A stretch of DNA of 63,978 bases, the filler included, from Fonticula-like sp. SCN 57-25 (taxonomy: Eukaryota), in assembly GCA_001724245.1 (NCBI GenBank). It is 8 parts of 8 records of this genome, joined end to end, with 100 filler letters (N's around TTAATTAATTAA, not from the genome) between each part and the next. Parts side by side here need not be neighbours in the genome. Positions count along the whole stretch, not along the records: positions 32,285 to 40,233 come from MEDX01000323.1; positions 40,334 to 48,231 come from MEDX01000324.1; positions 48,332 to 56,213 come from MEDX01000325.1; 5 more parts are not named here. One strand, given 5' to 3'. A program made the translations under genes and the position numbers. Under the pieces are notes generated by a model, which saw only the letters and a list, made by a program, of their open reading frames with translations, had not been told where the DNA came from and did no database searches. This document shows positions 35,201 through 49,282 of this stretch, one piece after another; position 1 is the stretch's first letter; each line of letters opens with the position of its first letter.

Positions 35201-36335
35201 CACGAGTCGCGAGTTCCACGAGGAGGCTGCCACGTGCCTGCGCTACCTGCAGCGCGTGCGCCGCATTGGCCCGCGCAAGCTGCCGCCGAATGCGCCCGAG
35301 ATCATGGCCGTCAAGACGGGCACGCCGATGAGCATGCGCGTGCACTTCCCGGGCGATATTTCGCGCATGATCATGGTCGACAGCGTGTGCACCGCCAGTG
35401 ACGTGCTCTCGCGCGCCTGCGCCAAGATCCAGCTCACCAGCGGTGAGGACGAGTTTGGCCTCTTCATCCTCGCGTCGAACGGCAGCATGGCGCCGATCCT
35501 CGCCGACGACTTTATCCTCGACGTGCTGAGCGTTGCCGACCGCATGGCGACCGTCGCCGCTGGCGCCGCCACCATCCGCCGCCAGTCGGAGCCCAAGGAA
35601 CGCCAGCAGCCGGGCTTTGTCGTCGCCTGCCGCCGCAAGCTGTTCACCAAGGCTAACGCCATCGGCAGCTCGGACCTTGCCACGACGCTCATCTACCACC
35701 AGGTGCTTGCCGACTTTAACAACGGCACGATCCTGAGCGCGCGCGAGATTGAAAACTCGTCGCTCAACGAGTTCAGCGAGCTTGTCGGCCTTCAGCTTGT
35801 CGCCCAGAGCGGCTTCAACCGCCAGCTCCTCGCCGATGAGGCGTTTATTACGACGGTTGTCCCGCAGGCGGTGCTCCTTCGCCAGTCGCCCTCGCAGTGG
35901 CAGCAGCAGATTCAAAAGTACGTCATGCAGCTGGCGAGCCAGGGCATGGACGAGATGGCTGCGCGCAAGCAGTTCCTGTCGCGTGTCTCGATGTGGACGC
36001 TCTACGGCAGCGCGTCGTACGAGTTCACCTCGGCGTCGGACAAGCGCTTCAACAACGGCGGCATCCTCAACATCAACGAGTCGGGCATCCGCGTCCTTGA
36101 CGCGACGACTCACGTCGAGCTCATGCAGACGCCGTACGACTCGATCGTCAACTTCCGCTATGACGAGAGCGAGTTCATCCTCAAGACGGGCGACCTCATG
36201 AGCAAGTCCATGGTCCGCTTCTACACCAAGGACGGCTTTGCCCTCGCCGACCTGGTCCAGGGATACATCAGGTACCACGTCAACAAGCGCCAAAAGGCCC
36301 AGCCCAAGAGTCCCAGGAAGTACACGGACATGTAA
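32285..36335 (+). CDS. MyTH4-FERM myosin tail, myosin-XV-like (Lys/Glu-rich, polyproline, divergent FERM, SH3, MyTH4, FERM); 5'-partial
   Basis: SH3 (LLSFRIGDHI..GWFRG..GWFP), MyTH4 (FMAVMSFMGD..LRDELYCQIVKQVTNN..RGW..GPRKLPP), FERM (LSRVSMWTLYGS). NNWPLYFVRFF before the SH3 resembles the first FERM of myosin XV. The motor domain is not in the contig. Confidence 0.75.
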
Positions 36336-37109
36336 GAATTTGAGCCTATTTTTTGATATCGGGTTTGGATGTTGATCCGTGTTGGGTTTTTGCGACGGTG
36401 AGTGAAATCATAGCCGTTTTTGTTCACTCTTTCCCTTCGCATCATCAATGCCCGATACCCCTTTTGCTTTTTCCTCGTCATTATCGTTGTATTTTGCACA
36501 GTATATGCAGCTTTTTTTCCTTTCTTTGAGACTTTTTGAATACATGGCTGCGGCGCTATAAAAAAAAACAATAGTACAAGTCCAATCACATAGGCGAAAC
36601 ACATTGCACAAAGTCTTTATCTGCGATGGAAACATGAAACATGTCTCACATTCCTAATACAATCTCTATTGGTCGATTCAAAATGGCAAATTTGCAATCC
36701 AACTTTACCAACTTTTCCATAACTTTTCCGTAACGTTACGGTAACGTTTCGTTCTGCTGAATTCCCGCTCGTTCGTTGGTGGCGGGGGTGGTCGACCGGT
36801 CGCCGTTGGTTACAGGCCCTTGCAAAGAGCGAGTCGCCGCGTGGCCCCTTTCGTTTAACTCGGTGCTCCGTGGTGTTTCGGCTCGCTTCCTTGCGTGGCC
36901 CGCGGTGGTCAGCCGCTTTCGTCGGAGTTGCCCGAAAGTCGTCAAAGTCAATCCGGTCGCGTCGCTCGTCGTCGTTTGGCGGGCAGGTGTCGCTTGGCGC
37001 GTGTCGGCTTGACTTTCCGCTAGCTCGTTCATATTTCCCCTTTCTCTTCTCCTCTTTGCTTCTGAGGTCCTGTACAAGACGCGAGTTGTCTCTTTTCGGC
37101 TAGTTTTCC

Positions 37110-39097
37110 ATGGCTTCGCCTCAGACGCGCTCGTCCAAGCGCCGCGCAGATGTCGAACTTGAAGGCCCGGCCCGCGTGGGCTTTTCGCCATCAGCGTCGC
37201 TCGGTGAGTGCGACGATGCGCCGCCTGCAACGTTACGTGGGCGTGCGCGCGACGTGTACCGCGTAGCGCGCAGCCAGCGGGACCGTTTACTCCTTAACGG
37301 CATTGCGTCGGCGCAGACCTCGCCCGTTAAGTCGCTTCAGAGCCCGCTTCACACGCCCGACTCGAGCAGGCACGAGCTGCCGCGCGCTCATGAGACGACG
37401 TCTTCTGGTGATGCTGATGCCGCGGACGATGCGGCGGCACCTGCTTCGCCCATGTCGCCGTCGGCGTTTAGCGAGAACGGCGAAAAGGAGCAGGCTACGT
37501 CGGTGGCGCCCGTTCTGCTGGCGCCTCCGCTTCGTGCCCTCCGCGGCGACTCTGCCGCCGTGCAAATTACGCACCTTTTCCAGCACATCAGCGACAATAA
37601 GGAGCGCGAAGAGGTGCTGCGGCAGCTTTTGCTACAGTGCGCGCCGCAAAACATCCTTTTTGTGGCCAACTACATTCAGCCCGCCCTCAAGGTACGCAGC
37701 CGCCCGCGCATTGGCTGAACTTCCTCCGCCCTTCTAACTTTTTTTTGTCATTACAGCGCGACTTTATTGCGTCGATGCCCGTCGAGATCCGCACGCGTAT
37801 TCTTATGCACCTGGACCCTTTGAGCCTAGTTCGCGCGGCCCGTGTGTGCCGCTCGTGGCGCGCTGCCGTAATGGACGAGTCAATGTGGCGGTCTCTTTTG
37901 CAGCGCTTCCAGTTCCCTTTCCCGCTCTCGTCGCGCTCTGTCGGCGCGAGCAATTCGAATCGGCAGCAATTCCGGGACTGCTACGAGCTTGACCGGAATT
38001 GGCGGACGGGGCGGTGCACGACGCACACGCTTGACCACGACACGCAGGGGACGATTACGTGTCTCGCGCTCGACCGCGACTACATTTTTACCGCTGGTGA
38101 GGACAAGGTTGTCAAGGTGTGGTCGGCGACGAGCCACAAGGTGCTGCACCGGATGGAAGGCCACGCTGGCGGCGTGTGGGCGCTTCAGTACGAAAACAAT
38201 TGGCTGGTGAGCGGCTCGACGGACCGGACGCTGCGCGTGTGGGACGTGCGGACGGGCAAGTGCCTCAATGAGCTTCTCGGCCACAGCTCGACAGTGCGCT
38301 GCCTGCAAATTCAGGGTGACCTTGTCGTGAGCGGCTCGCGCGACTCGACGCTGCGCGTGTGGAATCTGAAGACGGGGCGCTGCGAGCGGACGCTGCGCGG
38401 GCACACCGACTCGGTGCGCTGCGTCGAGGTGCACAGCGGCGTCATCGTGTCGGGCTCGTACGACGCGACGCTCAGGTCGTGGGACCTGAAAACGGGCGAG
38501 CTCATTGCGCAGATGAACGGGCACAAGGATAGGATCTACTGCCTCGCGTACGACGGGAGACGCGCCGCGTCGGGCAGCCAGGACCATACCGTTCGCGTGT
38601 GGAACCCGATCAGCGGAGAGTGCATACACGTCCTGGAGGGGCAGAGCAGCAACCTCGTTGCGCTCGTGCAGCTCCGAGGCGACATTCTCGTGTCGGGCAA
38701 CGCCGACTCGAGCATCCTCGTGTGGGACATTGCGACGGGCAAGCTAAAGTATGACTTTGAGTATGACAGAATCCACAAGAATACGCACGCGGGTGCCGTC
38801 ACTTGCCTCCAGTTTGACGAGTACAAGATGTTTTCCGGCAGCGACGACGGGTGCCTCAAGATGTGGGACATGAAGACTGGGAGGTTCATCAGAAACGTCT
38901 TATCCAAGCGGGCCGGCGAAGTCGTTAATGACATTGTCTGGAGGTTACAGTTTGACGCGACCAAGCTCGTCGCTGCCTACCAATCGAACCAGAGCTCGGA
39001 CAGCAGCGTCATTGTCATGGACTTTGATGTGGACGGCCGGTGGACCGCCGACGCCAGCGCGCAGACGCCGCAGGCAACAATTTCAGATACAGTGTAA
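37110..39097 (+). CDS. F-box/WD40 protein (FBXW7/Cdc4-like), intron 37692-37756
   Basis: RDFIASMPVEIRTRILMHLD F-box; GH..SGS.D.T...W WD40 repeats; VWRLQF near the C-terminus. Confidence 0.9.
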
Positions 39098-39773
39098 AAC
39101 AAAAAGTGTGTGTGTTTAATATAGTAATCGTTCCTATTTGGCTTTATTGTCCACTATCCGATGGGCGGGAAGGCGCGTGCATGGATTCCGCCCATGTGCT
39201 CCGTTGCATGCAAGTGCGTATTCCGCTGTTCCGGCGGGTTCCGGGAAGGCGCCGAGGTCGCGTCGGAGCCAAGCTCATACGATCGGGATCCAGATTAAAG
39301 CGATCGTGGATCGCGATCATTTGCATTTTTCGTTCGCTTTTTTTCTCTTTTTGGGTGACCGACCGTCTTTGACTTTGGGTGTCGCTGCCCGTCGCCAAGG
39401 GATCCGAACCGCGGAACATTTTTAAGACTAGCCGCGAAGCGCGTGGCCCTGGTGTCGCTCGCTCCCGCTGTGCTGCGAAAGGAGCTCAAAAGAAGTCGCG
39501 CAGACCGATCGTTTGAAACGTAGATCTGCCTCCGTTCTTTTGTTTCTCTTTTGCGTCGCCTGATTTCCCTTTTTTTTGTTGGGTGCCGCGTTGTTTGGCG
39601 GCCGAGTGCTATCTTTGAGGCGAGCTGCCTTGCTCGCGCCGGGGAAGCGGACCTGAGGACGTGGCGGGAGATCCCTCTGCTCTACAGCTGGATCGAGATC
39701 CATTTTATTGAATCTGTAGTATTGGCGCAGTGTTGCATGCACTGTTGAAGGGCGGTGGAAAGAGTAGCGCAGA

Positions 39774-40233
39774 ATGCAAAAGCTAAAGGACAAGGTACGC
39801 GTGCCTGCCGCGGCTGCCATTGACCGGGTGTCTAACGTATGTGTTTTTGCAGCTTTCAATAGGCAAGAAGGCCGGTGGCAAGGTGGCCAAGGAGCAGCAG
39901 GATGTCGAAGATGCTGCCCCGCCGTCGCAGCCGCCGCCTCAGCCACAACAATCGTCGCCGCCATCGGCGGCCGCGACACCCGGCCAGCCTCGCTTGATTG
40001 TGGTGACCGACGCGACTTCTCCGTCGGCGGCGGCTGGTCAGCCGCTGTCGCCCACGAGCCTCGTCCACGGCCAGACATCGCCGCCGCGGTTGGCCAAGGA
40101 TAAGGGCACGCGGTTGAGCAAGCTCACGCGCGACTCGAGCGTGCCCGTGATGGACAAGCCCAGGCGGCAGACGTCGTCGCGCTTCCACGTCAACCAGCGC
40201 GTCGAATTGGAGGTTTTGCCGTCGCTTAATGGT
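39774..40233 (+). CDS. PP2A B56/B' regulatory subunit N-terminus (partial; intron 39795-39852)
   Basis: RRQTSSRFHVNQRVELEVLPSLN matches the B56/Rts1 RRQSSSRF..EL..LP.L motif. Confidence 0.7.
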
Positions 40234-40333
40234 NNNNNNNNNNNNNNNNNNNNNNNNNNNNNNNNNNNNNNNNNNNNTTAATTAATTAANNNNNNNNNNN
40301 NNNNNNNNNNNNNNNNNNNNNNNNNNNNNNNNN

Positions 40334-41417
40334 CCCGCCTGCCTCAGCATCGCCACAAGCTGCCCCTCAAGTTCATGCAGTGTCCCAGCGAGCCCCGCGC
40401 ACGATGCCGTCTGCGATGCCGCCTCGGCCATGCGCGCCTGCACCGCCACGAGCGCAGCGCGCGTCTGACGGTCCGCCTCGGCAGCAGACACAATTGGCTC
40501 TGCCACGTGAACATTCTTTAGCTGATTCTCCTGCTGATCATCTTGATCTTTTTCCCGCTCTTCTTGAGCTTCCTTGTCGTGCTCCTCCTGCTCCTTGGCG
40601 AGCTGCCGCTCAATGTCTTCTGCGAGCTGCTCGAGCCGCAGCACGTCGGCGTCCATCTGCTCGAGCGTGCGCTCCAGAAAGGCGGTCTGGCGGAGATCGT
40701 CGAGCAGCTGCGTCTCGGCCTGGCGGGCAAGCTGGAAAAGCTTGGTGCGATCTTCGGGGCCGACGGCGATCATTGCAGGTGCGGGCATCTGCGCAAGGCG
40801 GCCGTCCATCCTGAAAAGAAGAAGAAAAGGAAAAAAGGAAAGGAAAAAGGAAGGAAATAAGGTTAGAAACATGATGGGACATGACGTGCAGTACACTGCA
40901 AACAAAGAGATATCCAGAGATCCCGACACCGATCCCATGCAGCCATCATCAGAACGTACAGTGCCACGCAGCGGTTCAGGTGTTCCAGGACGAGCGGCTG
41001 GCGCGCCTCTCTTGTGTTTGCAACGACGATGGCCGCGGCATCCCTCAGCAGGCTGACGGTGAACCGCCTTAGATTGTTGGAGAGCGGCCGCCACATGCGC
41101 TGCGCCTTTTCCGACACCGAGTGCGTCCGCTGCATGACGCCGCTCTTTGTGCCCGACACGCGGCGCGGCTTGCGCACGGGCGCAGCCTTCTCCTTTGGCG
41201 GCGCCTTGGGCTTCTTCTCCTTGGGCACCTTCTCCTTTGGCGGTGCCTTCTCCTTGGGCGGCGCCTTCTCCTTGGGCGACTTCTTGGGCGACTTCTTGGG
41301 CGACTTTTTGGGCGAGCTCTCAGCGGGCGCCGCCTTCTCCTTGGGCTTCTTGGCAACGCCCTTGCCGACGCGCGCGGGCGACTTTGACCCCGACGGGGCG
41401 GCCTTGCGGGGCGCCAT
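40334..41417 (-). CDS. CENPQ: CENP-Q/Okp1-like kinetochore protein with SPKK/PKEK N-terminal repeats (intron 40811-40959; 3'-partial)
   Basis: WRPLS..V..L......V..HLN...L...L......P followed by a long coiled coil, resembling CENP-Q WQPLS..HLN..L.VP. Confidence 0.6.
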
Positions 41418-41729
41418 CACGATCACCGCCGCGCAGGGATGCGACCGTTGCTCGCTGGTTGCTCGCGCCAAAAACGGTGCAAACTGGAATTAGTTTGCAC
41501 GGTGATTAGCGATTTGAGTGGTTAGCTGATGTACATCAAAATCACTTGAGTGTCCAGTTGGCCAGCGTCGTCGGTGGCGTCGGGCATCGCTTGCGAGGCG
41601 CACAGAAGCAAAGGAGAGGCCGTCAAGCGAAGGTTGGGGCGCGAATAGCAAGTGTTAGCGACAGCGGAGGCGCTTTTTGAGAGAAAGTGAGCGTGTCGAG
41701 GTGCGGCAGATCAAGTTTATAAAGGGACA

Positions 41730-42699
<970 letters not shown>

Positions 42700-43377
42700 G
42701 ATGGCGGCTGAGATGGCGGATCGGATCGGGCCAATATGTAAACCCGTTGCGATATATTGGAGAAGGGAATCTTGGTGGATTCATAGACTGGAAGGCGCCT
42801 TATTTCTTTGTTGATATTGTTTGTGCTCAAGTTTCTGCGTATGTCGCAAAATAAATGAAAATCGATAAATGCTAAAGGAGGAACATGATTGGTCGAAATT
42901 GGGGAAACTGATCGCTGATTGGAGGATAAATCATTTATTACAGAATTCATCGATCATTACAGAACTTTATATCGCGGGCACTTGAAGAAGTGCGCACTGG
43001 ACCCCGTAATATAGTCATGGAGATGCATATTTGTATCATATTGGCATAGCAAACGGAGCACTTTGCGCGAGGACTCCTCAAATATATGAGTTTTTGAAAC
43101 ATCACCTAGGTTGGCATTCATATGTTGCAGGTCTTTACCTTCACTTTGTAAAATTTCATAGTCAAAAAATTTCTTTGAACAGCTTTACAAAACTGCTTCG
43201 GACAAAAGTGCGAGGCTTTTCATTTCATTATTGCACGCCGAATATCAAAGCGAATACACGACATTGTCCTCTTTCGTCCCCTCGTTCAAAGAACGGACCA
43301 ATAAGCTCTCTTGACGGCCGATATCCACCAATCACAATCGCTATAAAGTTTGCAGTTTGCATACATGCATCGCTGCA

Positions 43378-44432
43378 ATGTCACTCTTTGACCGGCCGCC
43401 GCCATTACCCGGGGCGCCCGCTCCCCTTCCCGCCCGCTCTGCCACACCACCTCTTCCGTCGCCGGTCGACGACAAAGAAGATGGCGAGCTTGAAGACGGC
43501 GAGCTCGAAGAAGGCGAGATCGAAGACAATGTCAAGGACATGACGTCGGACAGCGATTACGATGATGCTGACGGCGACATGGTGCTGGACGCGCCGAGCG
43601 TATCGAGCCTCCCATTGCGGCCCTCGGCCCCAGTCGTATTCGAAATGCCTCTCAAACGTCCACTTTCACCTCCCCCTCCCTCATCAAAGTCGCACTCGAG
43701 TCGCTCGGACTCGAAAAAGCAGCGCGCCTCTAAGACAGGCCCGCAGAGCAAGAAGCGCCGCGGTGATGCGGCTCAGCCTGGCCGGGATGAGCGGATAGAG
43801 AAGCGCGAACCCGTCAAGCGCGAGCCAATAGCGTGCAAGTTTTATCTGGAAGGGAAATGCCGACGCGTACGTTTCCTTTGTTAAAGATGCTTTGCATGCT
43901 GATGCACTGGTTGCAGGGTGACGACTGTGAGTTTTCGCACAACGTCGAGCGGCCAAAAAAGACCGAGCTGTGCAAGTTTTACCTCGGCCACGCGTGCTTT
44001 CGCGGCGACGCATGCCTCTTTTCTCACGGTATGTCCTTTTTGTCTTCTTTCTATCGTTTTCTTTTTGCTCATCTTCATGCAGACACAAAGTCGGTACCGT
44101 GCTTCTTTCTGCAGACACGCAACCGCTGCGCGCAGGGCGACCAGTGCCGCTTCTCGCACTCTTTCCCGCCCGACGCGCCGCTCTCGCGCCCCCCATTGCG
44201 CGACGCGCCGCACAAAAAGGACGCCGAGGAGATCGACGCGCCGCAGCCACAGCCGCCGTCGCCGTCGCCCTCGCCGCCACCGACCAAGCCCGTCGACCAC
44301 GTGGCGGCATTCGAGTTTACCATGCCCGCGAGCGACGTGTCGTGGGCGGCGGACGGCGGCGAAGGGGACTCGCCGGTGTATCGTCCGCCGCCGGCTGCGC
44401 TGGCCGAGGCGATGCGGCTCAATAGACATTGA
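43378..44432 (+). CDS. Triple CCCH zinc-finger protein (ZC3H4/6/8-like); introns 43867-43916, 44029-44082
   Basis: EDGELEDGELEEGEI acidic motif; CKFYLEGKC..C.FSH, CKFYLGHAC..CLFSH, CFF..C..C.FSH. Confidence 0.82.
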
Positions 44433-44604
44433 TGAATCATGAATGAATTTGTACACTTTTGGCATGGACCAGCAATAACATTAAACGATTTTGACCGATT
44501 TATCTCAGTATTGAGCATTAAAGGCGAGAACAAAGCAGCAAAAGAGAAAGAAAAGAGAGGGGAAAAGAGAGGTACAGCGACACTTTTAAGGGTTCATCCA
44601 ATGA

Positions 44605-45546
44605 TCAGAGGGTCAATGTGAGGATCCCGAGAACGACAATGACGATTACCAAAAACACGATGCACATCATCGACTTTCCATCTAGAGACACGTCAAATGG
44701 TTAGCAACGCTTTGTCAAAAGAGCGGCGAAAGAGATCAATAGTACGACGCACCTTTGCTGTTCTTGTAGATGGACGCCATCTTTTGCATGGCGCCCTTGA
44801 GCCGCGATGATGTGTTCTCGACCCCCGTGTCGAGCTCGTCGAGCATCCTATTCTGGCTTTCCACCTCATTGTTAATGTCAATGGCCACGTGCTTGAGCCG
44901 CGTGACGGCCGCGGCGGTCTGATCGAGGCGCGCATCCTGCTGCTCGAGCAAAAGCTGCCCATTATTCTGATCGAGGAAGCGCTGATTGTCAGCCTCATGC
45001 TCGCGCTTGAGCGCAGAAAACTTTTCCTCCTGCACGGCGCGCTGCTTGCTCCGCGTCAGGTCCTCGCGGCGGTCGCGCTCAAGCTTGCCCTTCACCGTCG
45101 GGCTCGTCATCTCTACGCGCACATCCTGGATAAAGATGCGCGTGTCGCCGATAAATGTCTTGCGCGCCTTGAGCTCGACGGCATCAACCTTGAACTTTGT
45201 CGGGTTCTTTTCAACAATGGCTGAAAGAAAGGCAAATAAGCAACACAAAGAGCGGGCCACGCGGGCGTACTGATCGTCTCCTCCAAGTCCTGCAGATCAT
45301 CCTCAATGTCCTTGAGATTGTTCCGGAGCTGCTCGCTCGTCCACGAAAACTCTTCATTGTTCGCAGTGTTTGTGTTATTCAAAAGCTGGCGAAAGCTGTC
45401 GCGCAGCACTCGCGTCTCTCCAAGCGCTTGCTCAATCTCACTATTCAAGGGCAGATCGGCAAAAGGGGACAACGTGAGTCAGAGAGCGGGAAATCGAGCA
45501 TTGTTCCGTACGTCTTGACGACATAAAAGGGATCCGAAAGCGCCAT
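44605..45546 (-). CDS. STX6: Syntaxin-6/Tlg1 Qc-SNARE (introns 45441-45511, 45221-45270, 44682-44752)
   Basis: SDPFYVVK, DLQDLEETI.IVEKNP.KF, SNARE motif EQQDARLD..EVESQNRMLDEL, C-terminal TM helix. Confidence 0.9.
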
Positions 45547-45994
45547 GGCCACCGTCTAAGCAGAAAACAGAAAACGACAAAAAATATATAGTCAAAGTAG
45601 AAAGGGGATTCGCGAAAAAAGGCCACTCGGTGGCGCCCAAGCCGGGATCACTTGAAAACACTAAACGTCATCAGGCCACGTGGATGGATCCAGATTGACT
45701 GGGCATTGCCCTGTCACCATGCACTTCGACGACTAAATTGGACAAATGTGATAGTGTATACCGTTCGGTTGCTGTTTGTTATTCATAAAGGGCGTACGTC
45801 TACGAAATATGTCCTTTCTATGGCAATCAAGTTTTTTTTTGACATGTCATCTGACATCAGACATCGGTACTGTCGGCCATTCATTGTGCACGCCAAGGGA
45901 TACATAATAAACGGATAGAAATAAACGCAAAAGTCAATCACTAGATACAAAACGGTATACTGCAACAAATTATTCGTTACTGCGTCAAAAGCAC

Positions 45995-48010
45995 TCACTC
46001 CTCCAACACATAAGTGGACGGGAAATATCCCTGCTTCCCATTTAGCTCGCCAAAGTACCACTCGCCCTCGATCCTGAGCAGCGAGATCACGTCGCCTTCC
46101 TCGAGCGACAGCTCCTCATCATTCTGCGCCTCGTACGCGTACGCCGCCGACACTTTACGAATGACCTTGTCGCGCTTCTTGGGCACCGACGGCTTGGGCT
46201 TTGGCGTCGGCGCCGCGGGGGCCTCGGGGGCGGCGGCAGGGGCGGGGGCAGCAGCGGCAGCGGCGGCGGCGCGGGAAGCCTCGAGCTCCTCGGCCGCCTT
46301 GACGAGAAAGTCCGGCTTGCTCTTTGTCACGCCCGTCGGACCGGAAATCTGCGCCACATGGCGTGAGTTTTCCATCCAAAAATGGCCTTGAAAGGCCTCA
46401 AAAGTAAAATTTTGCGTACTTCCATGGCGCTTTCGCTGTCGAGCTGCTCCATTGGCGCGTCGACTTTGCCCCTCTTTGCCTTGCGCGAGTACGGCAGCGG
46501 CGACGCGCGCGAGCGCGGCTGCAAAAATGACCAGTCGCCCGTGCGGCGGTACATGACAAACAGTGCAATGCCGACGACGACGACCAGGACGGCGATGGTC
46601 ACACCCACGGCAATGCCCGCCACTGCGCCGCATCAGCAAAATATTATATATAAAAACTGCGTACCGTTGGCTTCTCCTTGATTCTGCGGCACCTGCTCGC
46701 ACAAAAAGCACTCATTGATCTTGAATGCGGTGGTGTTTCCAAAGACGGCGCAGGGGCCGTTGGCGGTGCAGTACGGCGTCCACCACTCGGCAGTGTCGCT
46801 GTCGGCCCACGCGACCTGCACGACGTACGTGCCGACGGCGAGGTCGCACGGGACCGCCCACGTGTACGAGCTCTGACGGGGAATGGCTGAGGCAATGTCG
46901 CTCAGGACGACGCCGCTGGTGGACAACAGGCGGATATTGACGCGCGAAACGAGACCGACAACAGAATAGGGAAGGTGCACGTTGGTGCAGCGCTGCTGCG
47001 CAGAGTTCGGCGTCGTCACAGAGATGGTCGGCCGGTTGTACGCAGTGTAGTCAATGGAAAAGCCGGCGCCGGACGTCCAGTCAAAGGTAGGCGCAAGGCT
47101 CCGGAAATGGATGTGCATCGACGTCCCAGAGCTCGTGAGGGCCGCGGGAAGCGCCGTGGACGATCCGCACCCGCTGCGAATGCGGCCGTGAGCAACTTTA
47201 AATATGGATTTATACAAAAGCGTACGTGAAAAGGACGGGGCCGGAGGACGACGTGTCGCGGACGACGAGCGATGCCGGGGAGCTTGTGCTGCACGTGGTG
47301 GGATCGGCGCCGAGCTGCACGCTGCGCACCGTCATGCGCACAAACGTGTTGGCGGGGGACGTCACAGTCCACTGGCAGTTCTGGCCGGCAACATAGTTTT
47401 GCGAGCCAGAGCCGTCTGTGAGATTGCCGACGGATGGGCGGTTCAGCTGGCTCGACGTGATCGTCACCGTTTGCGAGCCGCTGCAGGCGCTCGCCGCGGC
47501 GATCGAAAACATGTCCGCCGCGTCCTCTACTGGAGACGAGACAGTCCCATTGACCGACTCGTACTGCACGTCAATTCCATAGAAAGAGCTCACCGACACA
47601 CTGTGGAGCGGGTCAGCGCGCGGGATCACAAGGGATGTTCAGGCGCACTTGGTGGGGATGGTCCAGATGTAGGACCCGTTGTTGAGCTGCGACGCCGCAA
47701 TCGTGACAGCCTGGCCCGTCGGCGTGAACGTAATGTTCCCGTCGCTCCCGTACGGGTTCAAGTACTGAAGCAACACGAGCCGGACATAGTCCGCCACGGC
47801 ATCTGGGTCCGTCGTGTTCGCGGGAATCGACGCGTTTCGGGGTGGCGTCCAGGATACGGTCGTGGTGCCGCCGCGCCGAAGGACTGCGTTGTTGTACCCG
47901 CGAGGCGCCAGCACCTGGAAATCGGCGGCGGAGACAAGAGAAGAGACGGTAAGGGCAACGGCGACCAGCGCCAGTAGCCGCGCCCCTAGGCTGGTTCGTA
48001 GCGTCGGCAT
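45995..48010 (-). CDS. Single-pass receptor-like protein: signal peptide, Kre9/Ig-like, CUB, Kre9/Ig-like, TM, SH3 (introns 47601-47648, 47174-47225, 46623-46664, 46349-46419)
   Basis: CUB: LTDGSGSQNYVAGQNCQWTV..MHIHFRS..GFSIDY; NNGSYIWTIP and SSYTWAVP Ig-like motifs; TM GIAVGVTIAVLVVVVGIALF; SH3 AYEAQNDEELSL..EW..GYFPSTYV. Confidence 0.8.
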
Positions 48011-48331
48011 CGTGCGTGCTGGCCCACTGCGACCGTGCTCCACTACCTAAATAGGAAAAAGTATGTTTATCCGACCAATAGGGATTTTAGTGCTGACACA
48101 CACCTTCCTAATCGGACGGTGGGCATCAACACAATGGCCATTCGTAAATGAAATGACACAATGCAGCAGATATGGTTCATGCCCAGCACCTTGGATAGCT
48201 TCACTGACAATAGCTATATGATATTTAGGAANNNNNNNNNNNNNNNNNNNNNNNNNNNNNNNNNNNNNNNNNNNNTTAATTAATTAANNNNNNNNNNNNN
48301 NNNNNNNNNNNNNNNNNNNNNNNNNNNNNNN

Positions 48332-49120
48332 CGCACGTCAAACATCTTCAAGAGTTCCTCCTTTGTCATCTCGAGACGCTCAAACACCTGCTTCTCACCC
48401 GCGATCTTGTGGGTCAGCTTGTCGAGGTTTCCATAGTCGGCCTCGGTGACGTGCTCGCCGCCCGGGATGCGCATGTCGTAGAAGAAGCCGTCGTCCGTCG
48501 GCGGGCCGTGCTCGAGGAAGCAGCCAAAGTGGCGCTCGCACGCCTCGCCGAGCATGTGCGCCGATGAGTGCCAAAAGACTTTTTGGGCCTCTTCGTCGGA
48601 AAAGTCGAGCAGCTCGAGGCGGCAGCTCTTTTCGAGGACGCGGAAGAGATCCCAGAGCTGGCCGTCGACGCGCGCGACGATCGTCTTGTTGGCGAGCGAC
48701 TTGCTGATGGCCTCGGCGATGGCGAAGGGGGTGGTCTTCCAGGATGTGCCAGGGCGCACGGTGCCGTCGCGCAGCGTCACCTGGATGTCGACCTGCTCGC
48801 GGGCTGCCACGTGCGAGGGTTAGAAATGGATAAATAACCACCAAGAAAAGCGTACCGGCAAGCTCGGCATCGCGGAGCGCCTTGCACTCTTCGTAGATCT
48901 TGATGCGGTGGGCGATAAAGGCCGGCTGCTCGGCAAGCTAAAAGCCAGGTGGTGAGCATGGGCATGCCACATGCCACGATGCGCGTGAATGTACCTCGAG
49001 GGGGCGCGAGCTCGTGGACTCGTTCGCCTGCTTCTTCACGGGCTTCACCTTCTTGGCGGTGCCATGGGGCTTGGCGGGCGAGGCATCAGCCGGCGCGGCG
49101 GCCGGGATCGCGTCAGCCAT
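48332..49120 (-). CDS. TARS1: Threonyl-tRNA synthetase, cytosolic type, N-terminal part (partial, with introns)
   Basis: TGS domain TTPFAIAEAISKSLA..LWDLFR.LE, VFWHSSAHMLGEACE, GPPTDDGFFYD. Confidence 0.93.
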
Positions 49121-49282
49121 CGTTCCGACGTGAAAACTGGAAAAAAAATCGCCGCCTTTGGCCTGGCACGTTGCGTCAGTGGGTGCGATTCCGCATGCGG
49201 GTTTATGTCAGCAAAAGTCACGTGAAGAAGGTACTTTGACACGTGGCCGTCGTTGCGCTGACGACACGACGCGCGGGGCATC
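49121..49282. promoter_or_regulatory. Short bidirectional promoter region (TARS1/XRN2) with CACGTG E-boxes
   Basis: 162 bp between divergent ATGs; GTCACGTGA at ~49217 and GACACGTGG at ~49238; a similar TCACGTGAC lies at ~56411, upstream of another gene. Confidence 0.4.

Noticed and set aside
32229-36293. Long antisense ORFs (683, 477 and 658 aa) over the myosin-like gene, and similar shadows over Vps15, the F-box gene and glycogenin
   Set aside because: Expected shadows of GC-rich, C/G-ending codon usage; low complexity with no domain motifs.
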